A stretch of DNA of 64,000 bases from positions 2,629,817 through 2,693,816 of the forward strand of contig CAVNZM010000013.1 of assembly GCA_963693365.1 (NCBI GenBank), written 5' to 3'. The notes below the pieces were generated by a model. The model was not told the DNA's origin and ran no database searches. It saw only the letters and a list, made by a program, of their open reading frames with translations. Made by a program: the position numbers and the translations under genes. Shown here piece after piece: positions 60,052 to 64,000 of the stretch (position 1 is the first letter of the stretch; the number at the start of each line of letters is the position of its first letter). The stretch comes from Amoebidium appalachense. Its lineage: Eukaryota; Protista; Ichthyosporea.

Positions 60052-62182
60052 CTGGCACACTACAAATGCTGCCTTAGCTTAGCGAGCAAGCTGCTGGTGA
60101 ACCAAAGCAAGCACGAAAAGCAAGCAAGTGCGTAAGAAAACCCCACTTGAGAGAATTTTTATACATATCAACACAGCTACGGGAGGTGGCACTTATGTTA
60201 TACCCTGCTACTTGAAAACATCCTCCTGATTAACAACTAACCGTGGACTTATTCCTGGCTTTTGAGCCAAGTGAGTCACTGGTTTCAGCCAAAAAACAGC
60301 AAACCACGTGAACGTAGTGTCTTAATGAAAAGTAGTTATTAAACTTGTCTGCTGCGCGCATAACTAACACTTACACGTGGAAACAGAAACATGCACATTG
60401 TGACTAATAGGATAGGTACCAGAACTTGCCAGATGATGATGCAGAGAGAGCTCATAGTAGTAGCGAGTGGGGGGGTGTTGCAAACCTTACCTAATTGTTG
60501 ACGGTGAATTTTCGACGAGTTTGAGGGCTGACAGGTGGTAGGGGGGAAAAGCTAACTACTTATAAAAACTGCTTCTGCGAAAAGGAGCTTTGGTTATGGA
60601 GGATTCCTTCGAAGTGGTTCGCTATCACCTGCTTCGCGTGTGCTCACACACACTCCACGGAACTTGCGGAGAAGAGGCCAGAACACCAAATAATAAGCCA
60701 TTTTGACTCTTGAATAGACTAACTTGATAACACGTAAGCGGCACGCATGCGGCCACAGACAATAACTCCAGCTTGAACGTCTATAACACCGATGCTGGCG
60801 GCAACCGTCAAAACATTCGAATTTCAAAATTCTTGCACTTTAGCAACCCACCAATCGAGGCTCAGTAAGTGAGAGCGATGTAAAGACCAGAAAATGAAAC
60901 TCAGGTTAATGCGAACACGCCTTAGATTGATCTTCAAAAAAACAATTATAATAACTATAAATCATCCATGAACCAGATATAATTCAAATTTCAAACATTA
61001 TTATCTATTAAACTACATTTACAGAACGAAAACTGACAATTACGTAGATTTTGCTCCACGGATTGTGACACGTTTGGGCGCAGTTGCTCAGGTCTTGACA
61101 GAATTTGCCTGCCCATTTCTTACGCCCCAGCAGTAGTCAGGGGTTGCCAACAAACCCGGTGCGCCGAGGTGCGCCAGTCGACCCGGTAGGTCTGAGTCAC
61201 TGGTGATGGAGCTCGTGTACCGAAAAAACTGTCGTGCTGTTGACGTGGACTCGTGGTGGTAAAATTTGTTTACATGATCAAGATGCACGTACAGTATGAC
61301 TAATAGGGCCGTAAGAAACGGGAGAACCCAAAAACACGAGCGGCCTTAGAATATGCGACAATAAAACTGATTATAAAGGCCAATTAAATAACATCCAGCA
61401 CGTGCAACCGGGGTGATCGCGGGTTGTGAAGAATACGGATGCACCTAGCTCTCATAGGGGCAAGCCGATCTCGAGGCAGAGCCAGTTTTGCCACGGGCCA
61501 GCGTGGATGTTTTGCATGACGGTTTTTGTGTGTGGGCACCATGTGAGGTCCGTGCATGCATATATACGGTCGTGCCCTGGGCACCACCAAAATGAGGCAA
61601 CATGCACATATGTTCGTGCGAGTATGTACGTGCACGTGTTTTTGTGTGTGTGTGTGCTCGTGTGTGTGTGCGTGTAGAGTGTGAATGTGTATGTGGACGT
61701 GTGTGTATACGCGTGTGTGTTCACGCACGCGTTCGTATGTGTGTATGTGCGTGCATTTTCATTTTTGTGTGTGTGCGTATTTGTGCGTGTATATGTGCAC
61801 GTGTGCGTGTGTGTGCGCATGCCTACACGGTGCTTGTGTGCGCTTGTCTATATCTCTTACACGTCGTACGCGTGTTTGAATTAGCCAAAGTACATTTTGC
61901 TCGCACAGCCCCAGGCCCGGAAGGCAATCATTCGAAATCTTTGGGCCTGTACAGTAGCAATACATGATTTATAATAAGAGTACGGCTGTGAACTGGCGTT
62001 ACATATGAATAGTTCTAGTAATGGCGATACACAATTTAGATGAGGAAAAGGGAGTCACGTGCACCGGCTGGTCATGTGTTGCGAAGAACGTTCCCCCGGC
62101 TCCGGGCAGGGCTGCTCCGGGCCCCAATTGGCCCCCTCTTAGTGATCATTAGGAGCTCATGGTCTCTCCGATGGCATGCGCA

Positions 62183-62224
<42 letters not shown>

Positions 62225-63132
62225 ACCCTTACCTCTCCCACGCACACACACACACACACACTGCCCCCCCCCTCCCCCCCCCGGGGCCAGCTCCGCGTTT
62301 TGCCCCAAAACAACAGCGGCATACGCGAGCCAGGCGCATGCGTGACGACCCGAGTCGGAAGTTGAGGTTAGCGCTAGCCTAATGCAATGGAGCTGATAAT
62401 TTATGCGATGGCGTGCATATGAGTGCATATGCCGATAATAAATAGACCACTCAGCCACTCAGGTTTGCTGAGGGCCATCCCACGGCCTCTGAACACGGTC
62501 CTCAATGTGTTCAGAGGGCCGTGCTCTATAGCTGGGGCCTCTAGCCATGCGCGCCTGGGCAGATCTATTTGTGAGGAATAGATCTATTTGGCACATGATG
62601 ATTGGATAAATAGAATTCACCAATCAAAACATATCTAGGGCCAAATCAGAGCGGAACTTTCACTAACCCAAAGTTTCCCTTCCCAACCGTTTGCGGTGTC
62701 AGGTCCCCAGGACGAACAGAGTCACACACCGCCCGAACAACATTCCTACACCACACGGCCTCTAAGCGATGTACATGTTATTTGACTGTTAGTTTTTCCA
62801 GTAAGTGAAAACGAGGGAGGTCCCGAGGATCTACGCTGTACAGCTCAAGGATCGATTTGGAGAAGCGAATTGGAGGGCCAAGACACCTCAACCCATGCGT
62901 ATCTATTTTGCTTCTTGTGCACGCAGGTGGCAGCTGTAAAACCTGTCAAAGAAAGCTTAGTGTTCCTTTTTCTATTTGTGCTGATGAAATTCACAACAGT
63001 GCGTGCCATTTTTGTGCAGGTTGCACACCCCGGCCCTATTGTCATATGGATACGTGATACATGTGATCACCACAAAAACCTGGGAACGTGCGAAAGAGTG
63101 ACGCCCAAACACAACAATGCCGTATCTAAACG

Positions 63133-63140
63133 CGTATAAA
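63133..63140 (+). promoter_or_regulatory. Candidate TATA box upstream of the 63272 gene
   Basis: gtataaaa about 135 bp upstream of the ATG. Confidence 0.35.
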
Positions 63141-63271
63141 AGCTCAAAATACAAACGGACAGCCAACACATACACAATAGGTCACTCGAGCATACATACC
63201 TAGAGCCCCTGTTTGTGTGGAAGTAGTGCTGGAAAAACTTAAGCTTGGTTCCAAATTTTTATTCTGCAAAA

Positions 63272-63320
63272 ATGAAGGTCTTTGTTGCTTCCGTTGCTCT
63301 TATCTCTGCCTTGGCCATTG
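63272..63320 (+). CDS. First (signal-peptide) exon of a paralogue of the 53526-51564 gene; remainder not resolved in the window
   Basis: MKVFVASVALISALAIG|gtgagt: the same 49-nt phase-1 exon as MKAFSASVALVAALAIG|gtgagt. Confidence 0.75.
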
Positions 63321-63819
63321 GTGAGTTTACTTCCTCTTGTCTTTCGTTCAATACAGACCCAGTTCATAATAAAGCAGACACGTGCACAGAATCTGCTGTG
63401 AACACCTTTGTAATATTTAATTAATCCCCCACAGCGACTACTATAATGATTATAATTTCAACCCTCTTTCCTGGGCCCGGTTTTTCCAATCCTCCCCCCC
63501 CCTCCCCCCCCCCCCCCCCCCCCCTTCCCACCCCGGGGCTCCGAGCCTCTCCTTAGAGCGCAAGCTGTTGAGAGCCATCTCCAAATCTTCCTATCTCTTG
63601 ATCTTGTTATAAATCCCTTCTCAATGGCATCTTGTTGTTACTACGGTTTGCTACCCCCCCCCCCCCCCCCCCCCCCCCCTCCCCCCCTGTCTGCCATGCA
63701 CACACGCGGGCACCCACACACACACACACACACACACACTTGCATGCGCCAACACACTTGTTATAAATTCCTCCTCAGTGGCATGGCGTAGTTTGTTTCC
63801 CCCTCCCCGGGAGGCTCCC

Positions 63820-63852
<33 letters not shown>

Positions 63853-64000
63853 CCTGCCCCCCTTCCCACCTCCTCCTCTTCCCTCCCCTCCCTAACAGGC
63901 ACACATGAACAGACGCGGGCACCACACATACACACGCACGGACACAAGAATGCATCATGATACACACACTGCACATCCATGCACCAACACATGTACACCC

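Noticed and set aside
61110-61323. 17-bp imperfect inverted repeat as a MITE
   Set aside because: Short, mismatched, and no target-site duplication.

Overview
Eukaryotic, intron-rich genomic DNA saturated with poly(C)/poly(G) runs and (CA)n/(CT)n microsatellites; most short ORFs in the track are low-complexity artefacts. The lineage cannot be established from the sequence (it looks like a unicellular opisthokont or other protist). Supported content: (1) the 3' part of a spliced DDE-transposase-like gene carrying a WRN-type DEDDy 3'-5' exonuclease domain (1-4110); (2) a 5-exon NAA30/MAK3 N-terminal acetyltransferase gene (7544-17404); (3) a full-length APE-RT non-LTR retrotransposon with poly(A) tail and 8-bp TSD (19945-24469, minus); (4) two intronless paralogues encoding secreted proteins with two saposin-A-type domains and a dibasic-site spacer; (5) a 5-exon, ~3090-aa secreted mucin-like protein with a putative GPI signal and furin-type sites (45629-34379); (6) a small Cys-rich putative GPI protein (53526-51564) and the first exon of a divergent paralogue (63272); (7) a frameshifted zinc-finger/repeat gene; (8) two TA-flanked MITEs. 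The most striking unexplained feature is a dispersed repeat family of ~10 copies. The copies are 5'-truncated, share a 3' end that runs into a C-rich tract rather than poly(A), and the longest ones show compensatory base-pair changes in a multi-stem, possibly pseudoknotted RNA fold.
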